A program made the position numbers and the translations under genes. Below are positions 40,294 to 50,173 of a stretch of DNA of 64,000 nucleotides, piece after piece; the stretch's first letter is position 1, and the number at the start of each line of letters is the position of its first letter. Source of the DNA: an uncultured delta proteobacterium (lineage in GTDB: Bacteria > Desulfobacterota > Binatia > UBA9968); NCBI GenBank assembly GCA_963771465.1, contig CAVYTU010000015.1, positions 1,152,001 through 1,216,000 of the forward strand, in the 5' to 3' direction. The notes beneath the pieces are model-generated. The model saw only the letters and a program-made list of their open reading frames with translations, made no database searches and was not told where the DNA came from.

Positions 40294-40380
40294 AAACCTC
40301 CCTCCTTTTTCAATCCTCGCGTCCCGTGGTCAATCCCATTTAGTTCAATCGTTATAACTCGGCACAGCGATCCATTTTTT

Positions 40381-42400
40381 CTACTCGTCTTTCCCCGCCG
40401 TCACCAGCGGCTCGATGGTTACCGTGGAATCGAGCGGATTTTTTCGCCGCGCCGCTTCGACATAGCACTCGCCGTCTTGCGGCAGCAGGAAACCTTCCTT
40501 GACCAATTCATCGACAGCGCGTTTCACAATGTCGACGTACGCTTGATGGTTGGGATAGCGTTCTTCGATGGACAAGCGCGGATCGCCGATCTTTTCGCGC
40601 TCCGCTTTGGTGCGCGCGAAGGCTTTGATGCAACCATTGGTCATCATCAGCTCGCCTTCGGCGAAACCGGCTTTGCGTAGCGCCCAACCGATATAGGTTG
40701 CGATCGGCGCCTGCATGTCCGGATAGCGCACGCCGCCCAAGATCATTGCCGTCGGCGTCGACCTGCGGCACTTGGATCGGATATTCTTTTCCCGGCACTG
40801 CCTCAGGTGGAAAGATGCTCATGATGCCGCGCTCGTCGAAGTCGGGACCGTAGTTCCATAGCGGCAACCGGCTCGGCGTCGCGGGCAGATTGACGCCGGG
40901 GATTTTAGGGAAGTTCTTGAGCGCTTCCTCGGGGGACACCAATTGTCCATCGGCGCGTCGCGGCACACGGCTCGGCGGCGGCGCCACGCCTTCACTCGCC
41001 CAACGATCCATCAACACGAAGCAGGCGCGCAAGAACGGTTGCGGCGAAAAATTACTCGGTGGCAACTGGCCGGCCCAGCGCGGGTTGTCGGCGGCGATCG
41101 CCGCATGCGGCGAGCCTGCCAACATATACATGCGCACGTTGGCGGGAATCTCGACGTCGCTGCCGTCGCGCGGGTCGGTGTGGGTCATCGAACCATGTCG
41201 CTCCCAGTACTCGCTCGAAGTATGGCAGTGGACGATCAACGGATCGCTGTCGGGCCGCTTGAGCACGCTGTCGACTCTGCCGGTGAAGGGATCGGGCACG
41301 GGAGAAAAATTAAATGGATAGCGCTCCGACGGATAGGAGTGTTCCTCATGCTGGCGCGGATAGCGGCCGATCTGCGCGAAGCGCATGTTGAAATATAAAC
41401 GGCCGATGCCGGTATGAGTTTGCACCGCGTCGAAAATTTTGCGCCCTTCGGCGTCGCGGTTCCAACCCTCGTAGACGTACTCGCGCACCACGCGGCCGGC
41501 GAGCGATGCGCCGTAGCCGTAGGTTTTGTCGACGGAGCCGGCCAGCGGATTGGCGACGCCCCCCGAATCCGCTTTGCCGTAGCGCAAAAGCGAAACCAAA
41601 TCGCGCAAGCCGAGAAAGCCGAGTCCCATCACGCGCGAGCCTTCGGTCTCGTAAATCAGTTCGTAAATCCAACCGGTCTTGAAACCGCCTTTGACGTAGA
41701 GATCGACGTTGGAAGGCGTGAGCTCGACTTTGCCGTCTTTTTCCTTCGCCTTGGCCAAATCCCACTCGCTCGCCGGCACGGCAACTCTCGGGTCGGCTTC
41801 TTTCTCGCGCATGGTCAACGTCGCCGTGGCGCGGTTGAGCACTGGATAACATTGAATGTTGGCGTTGCCGCTTACGAGCATCGACAGCACGCCCTTTTTG
41901 TCGGAAATAAACTCCTGGCGAACTTTACCGCGCAGCGGGTGGCCGTTTTGGCGCGCCTCCGGCAAAAAAGCGACGACGTTGTTGCCGTTGTAGACCAAAT
42001 CGCCCTGCCAGCCGGCGGTGACCACTGTGTAGCCTTGCAGATTGAGAAAACCGTTGCCCGCATACGATTCTTTCGACAGATCCGGTCCGCCGCCGTCGTT
42101 TAAGCGGGTGAACGCGCCGCGCCCGCCGCGATTGGAAAAATCGAATAGCAGTTTGCGATTGCCGCGGCTCATATCGACCGGCTTGACGATGTCGAGCACG
42201 GTTTTGAACTCAACTAGCCCCTCCGGATTGCGCGGCGCGAATTCTAGATCGCAGATGAAGGGCAAGTCTTTTTCGTTGGGATCGATGGCAAGGGACGCCG
42301 TCCCCAATAGGCGCTCGTAAGAACCAACCTTGCCGAAGGACTTGCCACCGGCGAATGAGGTTTTGCTGACGAACTCGATATGAATCTGATTGCGTGACAT
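40381..42400 (-). CDS. Large alpha/beta hydrolase-domain protein (Abhydrolase_10-like); +1 frameshift near 40736
   Basis: 'FGKVGSYE', 'NRGGR', 'GWQGD', 'GASLAGR', 'SSEYW', 'MDRWASEGVAPPPS'. 'DADGNDLG' joins 'GVRYPD..PIATYIGW...DPRLSIEERY'. Confidence 0.8.
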
Positions 42401-42528
42401 AGCTATTCTCCTTCTTCGTAAGGGCAAATGAGCGGCATAAAATTATTCGTAATCGTTAGCGCTCCTTACTAGCGGACGCTAACAAAGTAGTTTGGCACGG
42501 TCAACGACACCTTCGTGACATTTTCAGT

Positions 42529-42558
42529 TTGACAGCAAGCGTGCCGATTGAATATCGT
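42529..42558 (+). promoter_or_regulatory. Putative sigma70 promoter of the cupin-EutA-like operon
   Basis: TTGACA-18 nt-TATCGT; an upstream inverted repeat gttagcg...cgctaac (42455-42483) lies in the divergent intergenic region. Confidence 0.45.
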
Positions 42559-42590
42559 CGGCGGTAAATCTTCCCAGCTCGTTAGGAGGA

Positions 42591-43790
42591 GTGATTATGA
42601 GCACCAACGGCAATAATTTGGATCCCGAAAAACAACCCGCGCTAACCCGCCTCGATATGTACCAAGAGTGGCGCAAGCACGAGGGCGCGCCGCTGGTCGG
42701 CGGCGTTTACATCAAAGACATGAAAGCGGTCGATGTCGGCCCGTGGCCGCGCAAAGGCGACGGCGTTAAGGGCGCGCTCAGTTATCTCGACGGCGACGAT
42801 GAAGCCGACGAACATGTCGTCGAATTGCCGCCGGGCGGTGCCACTGCGCCGCTGCGCCATCTTTATACCGAGGCGATCTACGTCGTCAGCGGCCACGGCT
42901 CGACTTCGGTGTGGCGCGGTGAGAACGGCGCGAAGCAAACCTTCGAGTGGGGCCCGGGCAGTTACTTTGTCTTGCCGACCAACGCGTCGCATCAGTTTTT
43001 CAATGCCAGCCTGTCGCGCCCGGCGCGCTGGTTTTCGGTCACCGATTTGCCGCAGCTGATGCGCCAGTGGGCCAGCGAAGATTTTATTTTCAACAATCCC
43101 TACGACTTCATCGATCGCTACGCCGGCGGCGCCGACTATTTCACCGCCGAGGCGAAGCTCTACAAGGGACGCGTGTGGGAGACCAACTTCATTCCCGACA
43201 TCAAAAAGCTGCCGCTCTACGAATGGAAGAGCCGCGGCGGCGGCGGCAAGAACGCGTTCATGGTGATGGGCGCCGGCATGATGGAGTCGCACGTTTCCAG
43301 CTTCCCGTCGGGCCACTATAAAAAAGGACACCGTCACGGTCCCGACGCACATCTCTACATCACCGAAGGCGAAGGCTATGTTTTGACCCAACGCGGCAAC
43401 GAGCCACGGGTGCGCTGCGACTGGCAGGAAGGCAGCCTTTATCTATCAGGCGCCGGCGCGGGCATCTGGCTGCATCAACATTTTAACGTCGGCTCCACAC
43501 CGGCGACGTACCTGGTGATGAATCAGGGCATCTCGCGCAAACACGCGTCCAATCGCTGGCAAGCGAGCGAATCCACGGTGCTGCGCGGCGGCGAGATCAG
43601 CGGCAAGGAGGGCGGACGCCAAGTCGAGTATGAGGACGAAGCGCGGGACATTCATGAAATATTTGAAGCCGAGCTAAAAAAGCACGGCATTACCTGCAAG
43701 ATGAAAAAGATGGTGCCTTGGTGCACCGGCGAAGCCGGCGCCGAAAGCGCCAAAGCCCACTATCTCGATGAGCACGGCGAGGTCGCGTAA
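42591..43790 (+). CDS. Bicupin protein (gentisate-dioxygenase-like metal site)
   Basis: N-cupin 'RHLYTEAIYVVSGHGST...HQFFN'; C-cupin 'KKGHRHGPDAHLYITEGEGY...HQHFNVG'. Confidence 0.85.
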   Translation: MIMSTNGNNLDPEKQPALTRLDMYQEWRKHEGAPLVGGVYIKDMKAVDVGPWPRKGDGVKGALSYLDGDDEADEHVVELPPGGATAPLRHLYTEAIYVVSGHGSTSVWRGENGAKQTFEWGPGSYFVLPTNASHQFFNASLSRPARWFSVTDLPQLMRQWASEDFIFNNPYDFIDRYAGGADYFTAEAKLYKGRVWETNFIPDIKKLPLYEWKSRGGGGKNAFMVMGAGMMESHVSSFPSGHYKKGHRHGPDAHLYITEGEGYVLTQRGNEPRVRCDWQEGSLYLSGAGAGIWLHQHFNVGSTPATYLVMNQGISRKHASNRWQASESTVLRGGEISGKEGGRQVEYEDEARDIHEIFEAELKKHGITCKMKKMVPWCTGEAGAESAKAHYLDEHGEVA

Positions 43791-43846
43791 TTGGCGGCGA
43801 TTGTCCTTTATTTGGCACAGCGCCGGTAAAAGATAAATCGGTTCTC

Positions 43847-43912
43847 CCACGAAGGCACGAAGGACACGAAGGTTTCGGAATCCGGACTTCGTGCTCTTCG
43901 TGCCTTCGTGGT
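43847..43912. repeat. 8/9-mer (CACGAAGnn) inverted tandem repeat, family B copy 1
   Basis: cacgaagg-cacgaagga-cacgaag ... cttcgtgct-cttcgtgc-cttcgtgg. Confidence 0.85.
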
Positions 43913-43933
43913 AAATCCTTAAAAAGGCCCATC

Positions 43934-45430
43934 ATGCACGACGTCCCCGACGATCACGAGCACGACGACGAAGCCGAGCATCCGCTATGGAAACTCGACA
44001 CGATCACGCTGACCAGCGTCGGCATCGACGTCGGCACAGCGACTTCGCAGATTCTTTTTTCTCAATTGGTTCTGCGCCGGCTCGGCCGCGAGTTGTCTAG
44101 CCGCTTTGTGGTGACCGAGCGCGACACACTGTATTTATCACCGGTGCATCTCACACCTTATATCGCCGGACGAGAGCGCATCGATGATCAGGCGCTCGGT
44201 CAGCTGGTCGACAGCGCCTACCGGGAAGCGGGCTTGAGCCCGCGCGATGTCGACACCGGCGCGATCATTCTCACGGGCGAAGCGATCCGGCGCGACAACG
44301 CGCGCGCCATCGCCGACCTGTTCGCGGCGCAGCGCGGCAACTTCGTCTGCGCCACGGCGGGCCACAACTTCGAAGCACAACTCGCCGCCCACGGCTCCGG
44401 CGCGGTGGCGCACTCTGCCGAGAAACAATGCCGGGTGTTGAATATCGACATCGGCGGCGGCACCACCAAGCTCGCCGTGTCTGAGCGTGGCCGCGTGCTC
44501 GGCACCGCGGCGTTTCACATCGGCGGCAGACTGCTCGCAACCGACCCAGCCGGCACGATCACGATGCTGGAACCGGGCGGTCAACTGTTGGCACGACAAG
44601 CAGGTTTCGAATGGCAAGTCGGCAGCCATGTGACGACATCCGCTATCGAGCAACTCGCGAGCCACATGGCGCAGGCGATTCTAAGCCTGACGACAGACGA
44701 GGCGCCAAAAAATGAATTTGCCCAACTCTGGCTAACGGCGCCGCTCCCTGGAGCGAAAAACTACGACGCCGTGATCTTCTCCGGCGGCGTCGGCGAATAT
44801 GTTTACAACAGGGAATCGCAATCCTTCGGCGATCTCGGCGCGCCGCTGGGGCGGGCGCTTCGACAGGCAATTGCTAACAACGCTTTCGCCTGGCCGCTCG
44901 TGCCGGCGCGCGAGTGCATCCGCGCGACGGTCATGGGCGCGGCGCAACACACGGTGCAAGTGAGTGGCAATACCATCCACCGCACCGACGAAAGCTTGCT
45001 GCCGCAAAAAAACCTACAAGTGTTACGGCCGCAAGTTGACTTGTCGAGCGACATCGACAGCGCGATCGTTGCCGAGGCGATCCAAAAACATTTCCGCGCT
45101 TTTGATTTAATCGAAGGACAAGCGCAAGTCGCTTTGGTCTTTCACTGGGACGGCGCGCCAACCGCGCTCCGCATCGCGGCCTTTTGCCGCGGCCTGATCG
45201 CTGGCTTGCCGGCGACGTTGCAAAATCGCCGACCGATCTATCTCATCTTCGATCACGACCTAGCCGGCCTCGTCGGCATGATTCTCAAAGACGACTTCGC
45301 CATTGAGAACGCTTTACTCTGCCTCGACGGCGTCACCTTGCATGATTTCGACTTCATCGATCTCGGCAACGTCTTGGAGCCGTCGGGCACAGTGCCGGTG
45401 ACGATCAAGTCGCTGATCTTTCAGTTCTAG
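43934..45430 (+). CDS. eutA: EutA-like reactivating-factor ATPase (ASKHA fold) with a His/acidic N-terminus
   Basis: 'SVGIDVGTATSQ', 'DTGAIILTGE', 'FVCATAGHNFEA..AAHGSGA', 'NIDIGGGTTK', 'FSGGVGEY', 'IRATVMG', 'DFIDLG...VPVTIKSLIF'. Confidence 0.85.
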   Translation: MHDVPDDHEHDDEAEHPLWKLDTITLTSVGIDVGTATSQILFSQLVLRRLGRELSSRFVVTERDTLYLSPVHLTPYIAGRERIDDQALGQLVDSAYREAGLSPRDVDTGAIILTGEAIRRDNARAIADLFAAQRGNFVCATAGHNFEAQLAAHGSGAVAHSAEKQCRVLNIDIGGGTTKLAVSERGRVLGTAAFHIGGRLLATDPAGTITMLEPGGQLLARQAGFEWQVGSHVTTSAIEQLASHMAQAILSLTTDEAPKNEFAQLWLTAPLPGAKNYDAVIFSGGVGEYVYNRESQSFGDLGAPLGRALRQAIANNAFAWPLVPARECIRATVMGAAQHTVQVSGNTIHRTDESLLPQKNLQVLRPQVDLSSDIDSAIVAEAIQKHFRAFDLIEGQAQVALVFHWDGAPTALRIAAFCRGLIAGLPATLQNRRPIYLIFDHDLAGLVGMILKDDFAIENALLCLDGVTLHDFDFIDLGNVLEPSGTVPVTIKSLIFQF

Positions 45431-45674
45431 CCCGAATTATCCATGCGATGAGGGGTCACGACGACAGGCCAGCGATCGAGGTGTAACCCTGGAGGAACGA
45501 AGGCACCAGCGCAAGTATTTCATTACACGCCTGGTCCCCGGCACGATGTTCGAACTTTTCGCCGCTAATCTCACAGCAGCTCGCCGCGCTCGCGTCTTCA
45601 AGGCACAACTGCTTTGCCTTCGTTCCGGAAGGGTTGCACCTCGATCGCCTCCTTACCGCCAATGATCGAACTCA
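45427..45674. mobile_element. Non-coding ~250-bp dispersed element, copy B
   Basis: Begins at a CTAG that contains the EutA-like stop codon. Near-perfect inverted repeat gcgatcgaggtgtaaccct-gga-ggaacgaaggca ... tgccttcgttcc-gga-agggttgcacctcgatcgc (45472-45648); homologous to 30017-30266. Confidence 0.65.
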
Positions 45675-45684
45675 ATCAGCAATC

Positions 45685-46686
45685 ATGAAACACTTCTCAC
45701 GATCGCGCCGGCAGCTAACCGCACTAGTCAGTCTAGTCGCATTACTGCAACTCTCTGCGCCAACCGAGATCAGCGGCCAAGAGCGCGAAAAAATCCGTGT
45801 CAGCACGCTCTTCATCGGCTCGTCGCTGGTGCCGTTCTGGATCGGCCAGGAACAAGGCATCTTCGCCAAGCATGGAATCGACCTCGAGCTGATCTGGATG
45901 CAGTCGGTGCTCTCGACCAGCGCGCTTTTAGCCGGCGAAGTCGACACCGTCTTCGGCACGCCGCAAAGTATCTTTGCCGCCTTGACCGGCAAAAATCCGC
46001 CGCCGCTGGTCACCATCGCGGCCTGGGGCTCGGCGTCGGAACATTGGCTGGTGGTGAATCCGGCGATCAAAACCGCCAAGGATCTCGAAGGCAAAGCCAT
46101 CGGCGTGAGCCGGCCGCGCTCGGCGGATCATGGGTATACCACGGTGATACTCGAACGGCTCGGTGTCGATTCGCGCAAGATTACTTTTCTGTCCATCGGC
46201 GGCCAAGGCAGCCGCAGCGCTGCCGTCGAAGCCGGCAATACCATGGGCAGCTCGTTCAACCGCTATTATACGCTTCAGCTCAAACGCAAAGGTTTCCGCG
46301 ATCTGGCCAAACTCGAGCGCCCTGATTACCCGTTTCCGCCGTCGATTTTTGTCGTCAAGAAAGATTTTCTGCAAACCAAGCGGCGCGCGCTCAAAGCGAT
46401 GCTGGCGGCGATGATGGAAGCGTCGGAGCGGCAAAAGAGCAACAAAGAACTTTCGCTGCGGCTGATTCGCAAGCACCTGCGCATGCAAAATCCCGAAGTG
46501 GTCGAAGCCGCCTACGAAGACGGCGTCACGCTCAGTTATCCTTATTTCAGCGAGCGCCAGTTTCAGATCTCCGTCGAGCTGTTGAGCAAGAGCATGGAAC
46601 AGCCGGTGCAGTTGAATTACAAGCAGGTCGTCGATCATAGCTTGGTCGACGAAATCAATCGGCCGGGAACAAACAAACCGAACTGA
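45685..46686 (+). CDS. ABC substrate-binding protein, SsuA/NMT1-like
   Basis: Signal peptide; 'GIFAKHGIDLELI', 'DLEGKAIGVSRPRS', 'VVDHSLVDEI'. Confidence 0.82.
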   Translation: MKHFSRSRRQLTALVSLVALLQLSAPTEISGQEREKIRVSTLFIGSSLVPFWIGQEQGIFAKHGIDLELIWMQSVLSTSALLAGEVDTVFGTPQSIFAALTGKNPPPLVTIAAWGSASEHWLVVNPAIKTAKDLEGKAIGVSRPRSADHGYTTVILERLGVDSRKITFLSIGGQGSRSAAVEAGNTMGSSFNRYYTLQLKRKGFRDLAKLERPDYPFPPSIFVVKKDFLQTKRRALKAMLAAMMEASERQKSNKELSLRLIRKHLRMQNPEVVEAAYEDGVTLSYPYFSERQFQISVELLSKSMEQPVQLNYKQVVDHSLVDEINRPGTNKPN

Positions 46687-46714
46687 TGCGAATGGGTTGC
46701 CGCCCCCTGCTCAT

Positions 46715-46743
46715 TTGACAGCGTCCCTTGCCCTCAATAGACT
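46715..46743 (+). promoter_or_regulatory. Sigma70 promoter
   Basis: TTGACA-17 nt-TAGACT, about 40 nt upstream of the ATG at 46786. Confidence 0.65.
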
Positions 46744-46785
46744 TGAGATTCCAGCGAAGCCGAAGCAAACCCAGGGAATTCTTCA

Positions 46786-47883
46786 ATGCTGTATTTGGCT
46801 AAATTCGTGTCCGCGACCATTTGCTTTCTCGGGCTGACGATCGCAGTCCCTGTAGCCCAGGCGGCCGCGCCGGAAGAGATTTGGAAATCCTTGGAGAAGC
46901 TGACCCCGGCTGAAAGAGAAAAAAAATTAATCGAAGGCGCCAAGAAAGAAGGCGAGATGCTCTGGTACACCAACTCGGGCATCGAGAACGCCACCCGCTA
47001 CATCCAGGCGTTTAGGAAAAACTATCCATTCATCAACGCCCAAGTCTGGCGCGCCAAGACGCGCCTGGTGACTCAACGGGCGATCTCGGAGGCCAACGCG
47101 GGAAAACACCTGGTCGATGTAATCAAGCCGTCAACCGATCTTCTCCCCGTGATGCTGGAAAAAAATCTCATCGGTAAATACGACACGCCGGTTCGGGCGA
47201 TCTATCCAGCCCACGCCAAGTCGCCGTTTTACACCAACATGAACTATGCCTTTCGGGTTTTCTCGTTCAATCCGCGTAAGGTCAGCGCCAAAGACGCGCC
47301 TAAGAGCTGGGACGACTTGCTCCAACCCAAATGGAAAAACGAGATTCTCTTCGACGAATCGTCGCTCGAAGAGGTCATGGCGATGCTCGCTGCGTGGGGC
47401 AAAGATAAGACGGTGAATTACCTGACCAAGCTGACCCAGCAAAATCTTTTGATCCGGGTCGGCCGCGACACCACGACGCAGATGATGATGGCCGGCGAGG
47501 CGAACCTCGCTGTGACGACTTACGCCTACAACAATGAAAGCTTGCGCGCGCAGAACGCGCCGGTGGATTGGGTTGCCGAAGATCTGATCCCAGCCTTGAT
47601 CTACCCACTCACTTTGGCGCGTAACGCGCCTCATCCTTACGCCGCAGCGCTCTTTTACGACTATTTGATCTCAGAAGAAGGCCAGCGCCTGATCGCCAAA
47701 GAAGGCCGTGTCGTTTCCCATCCGAAAGTCGAACCGATCTATCCGCGCATGAAAGAGCTGCAAAATCTGCTCGGCACGCCGCGCATCCAGCTCAACACCT
47801 TGGAGCAAAATGCCAAACTGCTCAAAGACGGCGTAAAAATTCTCGACGAAGTCGTATTGAAGCGAAAATCTTCCGGCCATTAA
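46786..47883 (+). CDS. ABC substrate-binding protein, Fe3+/thiamine-type
   Basis: 'LIEGAKKEGEMLWYT', 'PKSWDDLLQPKWK', 'APVDW', 'APHPYAAALFYDYLISEEGQ'. Confidence 0.85.
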   Translation: MLYLAKFVSATICFLGLTIAVPVAQAAAPEEIWKSLEKLTPAEREKKLIEGAKKEGEMLWYTNSGIENATRYIQAFRKNYPFINAQVWRAKTRLVTQRAISEANAGKHLVDVIKPSTDLLPVMLEKNLIGKYDTPVRAIYPAHAKSPFYTNMNYAFRVFSFNPRKVSAKDAPKSWDDLLQPKWKNEILFDESSLEEVMAMLAAWGKDKTVNYLTKLTQQNLLIRVGRDTTTQMMMAGEANLAVTTYAYNNESLRAQNAPVDWVAEDLIPALIYPLTLARNAPHPYAAALFYDYLISEEGQRLIAKEGRVVSHPKVEPIYPRMKELQNLLGTPRIQLNTLEQNAKLLKDGVKILDEVVLKRKSSGH

Positions 47884-47896
47884 GGAGAGCACACGT

Positions 47897-48793
47897 ATGT
47901 TCGGCGCTGAAACTCTCGACCACGTCGCCTTTCCTGTGCGCGATTTGCCGCGCTCGGAAAAGTTTTATCTCGAAACCGTCGGTTTGACGTTTCTAACCCA
48001 ACGCAAAAATGCCGACGGCTCGCCGCGCCACACCTACGTCAGAGCCGGCGAGAACATCGTCGGGCTGACCTTGCCCGGCGTCGCCGTGCCGGCGTCAGCC
48101 AGCGGCGCGCCGCGCTATGCCATCGCGATGGCGACTGACGAGACGTTTGCAACCACTGTAAAACGAATTCAAGCCAGCGGTGTAAAAGGCGGCGAAGTCG
48201 AGAATCATGCTATCGAGTCGCCGTTCGTCAAAACATTTCAATTCATCGATCCTGACGACAATCAAATCGAGCTCTGCCTGCGCCGCCAACCGCTGGCGCC
48301 AAAAGACGGCATCAGCCATGTGATTTTTGAGACGGCGAATCTCGTGCGGGCCAAGAAGTTCTATACCGAAGGCCTGGGACTGAAGTTGGTCGGCGAAGTG
48401 CGCGGCGAGACGCTATTCGAGTTCAAGAACGGCCAGATGGTCGGCGTCAAAGAGGTAAAAGAATTATCGGAACGAACTAAGAAAAAGGGCCGCGCCTGTC
48501 ACGTTGCCTTTAACGTTAGCCAGGAAGACTACGACGTGATGCTCGAGCGAATCCCCAAGTTGGAAGGCAAGTCTCTCGGCGACTTCCGCGCCAGCGACGG
48601 CCTGCGCCCGCCTGGCGAGCGGAGCATTTATTTTTTCGACCCCGACACCAATTATCTCCAGATCACGGCGATGGGTGAAGAAGACTGGTCGCTGATATCG
48701 GACGAAGAGAAATGGCAACGCACGATTGCCAACCGCGAGAAACAAGGCAGAGGCATCTCCAGCTTCGACAAAGGCGTGAAGATTCAGAAATAA
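47897..48793 (+). CDS. Two-domain VOC (glyoxalase/bleomycin resistance/dioxygenase) protein
   Basis: 'LDHVAFPVRDL..SEKFY', 'DPDDNQIEL', 'ISHVIFE', 'CHVAFNV', 'SIYFFDPDTNYLQI'. Confidence 0.85.
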   Translation: MFGAETLDHVAFPVRDLPRSEKFYLETVGLTFLTQRKNADGSPRHTYVRAGENIVGLTLPGVAVPASASGAPRYAIAMATDETFATTVKRIQASGVKGGEVENHAIESPFVKTFQFIDPDDNQIELCLRRQPLAPKDGISHVIFETANLVRAKKFYTEGLGLKLVGEVRGETLFEFKNGQMVGVKEVKELSERTKKKGRACHVAFNVSQEDYDVMLERIPKLEGKSLGDFRASDGLRPPGERSIYFFDPDTNYLQITAMGEEDWSLISDEEKWQRTIANREKQGRGISSFDKGVKIQK

Positions 48794-48884
48794 CCGCATC
48801 TCTCGGCACAATTACGTTCTTCAAGGTAAATTAACTAGTGTCGGGATCCGTTCTATCCTTTTGAATGTGCAACAAGGAGACTCC

Positions 48885-50075
48885 GTGGCACTTGAAAAAC
48901 CCATTATCCCGACATTCTCGCTCAACGAACGCGACCGCCGCTGGTCGCTGCTGCGCGCGGAAATGAAGAAAGCGAATTTCGACTCGTTGATCGCACTACC
49001 GCACGAAGGCCACTGGGACCAGTTCGGTTGCGACACGCGCTACATCACCCAGATCGGCGGCACGCAAACCGAAGTCGGTTGCGTGTTGCCTCTCGACGCC
49101 GACGTCACCGCCGTCGTGCGCGGCGAAAACGAGATCGAATGGTGGGGATTGGCGCAGGACTGGGTCACCGACATTCGGCCATCGCGCCGCTCCTATGGCG
49201 AGCCGGTGATCGAACGCTTGAAAGAAGTCCGTGCCGAAAGAGTCGGCGTCATCGCGCTCTCCGGCATGGTGCGCGCGCCCGAAGGCGTCGTGCCTTGGGG
49301 TACGTTTGAGAAGATTCGAACCGCGCTGCCCAATGTAAAGTTCGACAACGCCACCGCGGTGGTGCAGGAAGTGCGCGCCGTCAAGAGCGCCGAAGAAGTC
49401 GCTTTCATCGAGAAAGCCGCGGAAATTATCGGCCATGCCAACGAAGTCTTGATCGCCCACGCGAAGCCGGGAGTGGGCGAACATGAGCTGATCGCGGAAA
49501 TGCTCCGTGAAATCGTGCGCCGCGGCGGTGAGCCGATCACCATGATGCTGTTCGGCACCGGCGGTCCGGAAGTTCCCTGGGCGCAGCGCGTCTTTACCAC
49601 GCGCAGGTTAAAACCCGGCGATCTGATCAACACCGAAGTGGAAGGCAAGTACGCCGGCTACATCGCCCAAGCGCTGCAACCGATCTCCCTCGGTCCCAAA
49701 CCGAAAGAGTTGGAAAAGATCTTCGACGCGACCAAAGTCATCTTCGATCGCATGGTTAAATTCGTGAAACCCGGCATTACGTTCGGCGCCGTCGCGAAGT
49801 TCTACCAAGACGAAGTGGCGGCGGCGGGTTATGAACCCGACGGCGCGCTCATGCACGGCCGCGGCCTCGGTGAAGATGCGCCGATGCTCTGGGGCGCGCG
49901 CAAAGATTTTCCCGAGAAAGATCAGCAGTTGAAACAAGGCCATGTATTCATCTTGAAGCCGGCCTGCAAACAAGGCTTCATGCGCGACTCCATCCGCGCC
50001 GGCGACACCGTGGCCATCGAAGCGAGCGGCGCGCGCCGGCTCGGCAAACGAGACCTGACGTTTGTCGCGGTCTAA
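48885..50075 (+). CDS. M24 (pita-bread) fold protein with creatinase-type N-domain and a non-canonical active site
   Basis: 'FSLNERDRRW', 'RAVKSAEEV', 'GDLINTEVEGKYAGYIAQ', 'MHGRGLGED', 'VFILKP', 'RAGDTV'; GTG start after AAGGAG. Confidence 0.85.
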   Translation: MALEKPIIPTFSLNERDRRWSLLRAEMKKANFDSLIALPHEGHWDQFGCDTRYITQIGGTQTEVGCVLPLDADVTAVVRGENEIEWWGLAQDWVTDIRPSRRSYGEPVIERLKEVRAERVGVIALSGMVRAPEGVVPWGTFEKIRTALPNVKFDNATAVVQEVRAVKSAEEVAFIEKAAEIIGHANEVLIAHAKPGVGEHELIAEMLREIVRRGGEPITMMLFGTGGPEVPWAQRVFTTRRLKPGDLINTEVEGKYAGYIAQALQPISLGPKPKELEKIFDATKVIFDRMVKFVKPGITFGAVAKFYQDEVAAAGYEPDGALMHGRGLGEDAPMLWGARKDFPEKDQQLKQGHVFILKPACKQGFMRDSIRAGDTVAIEASGARRLGKRDLTFVAV

Positions 50076-50173
50076 CCGGCGGCTGCGCGATCGCCATCAC
50101 GTTTCATGTCACCGCCTTGCGCATGGCGCGAGCGCTGTAATATAGATCAAGAAAACTCGCACTGGAGGTTTCC

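Noticed and set aside
43934-45430. Ethanolamine utilisation (eut) locus
   Set aside because: No eutB/eutC, shell proteins or aldehyde/alcohol dehydrogenases in the window.
45472-45648. Integron attC site (GTGTAAC...GTTGCAC core) for the hairpin element
   Set aside because: Longer than typical attC sites, the stem extends beyond the putative R boxes, copy A lacks AAC, and there is no integrase or cassette array.
45456-45662. 68-aa minus-strand ORF inside the hairpin element
   Set aside because: The frame is not preserved in copy A (indel and stops), so it is unlikely to be coding.
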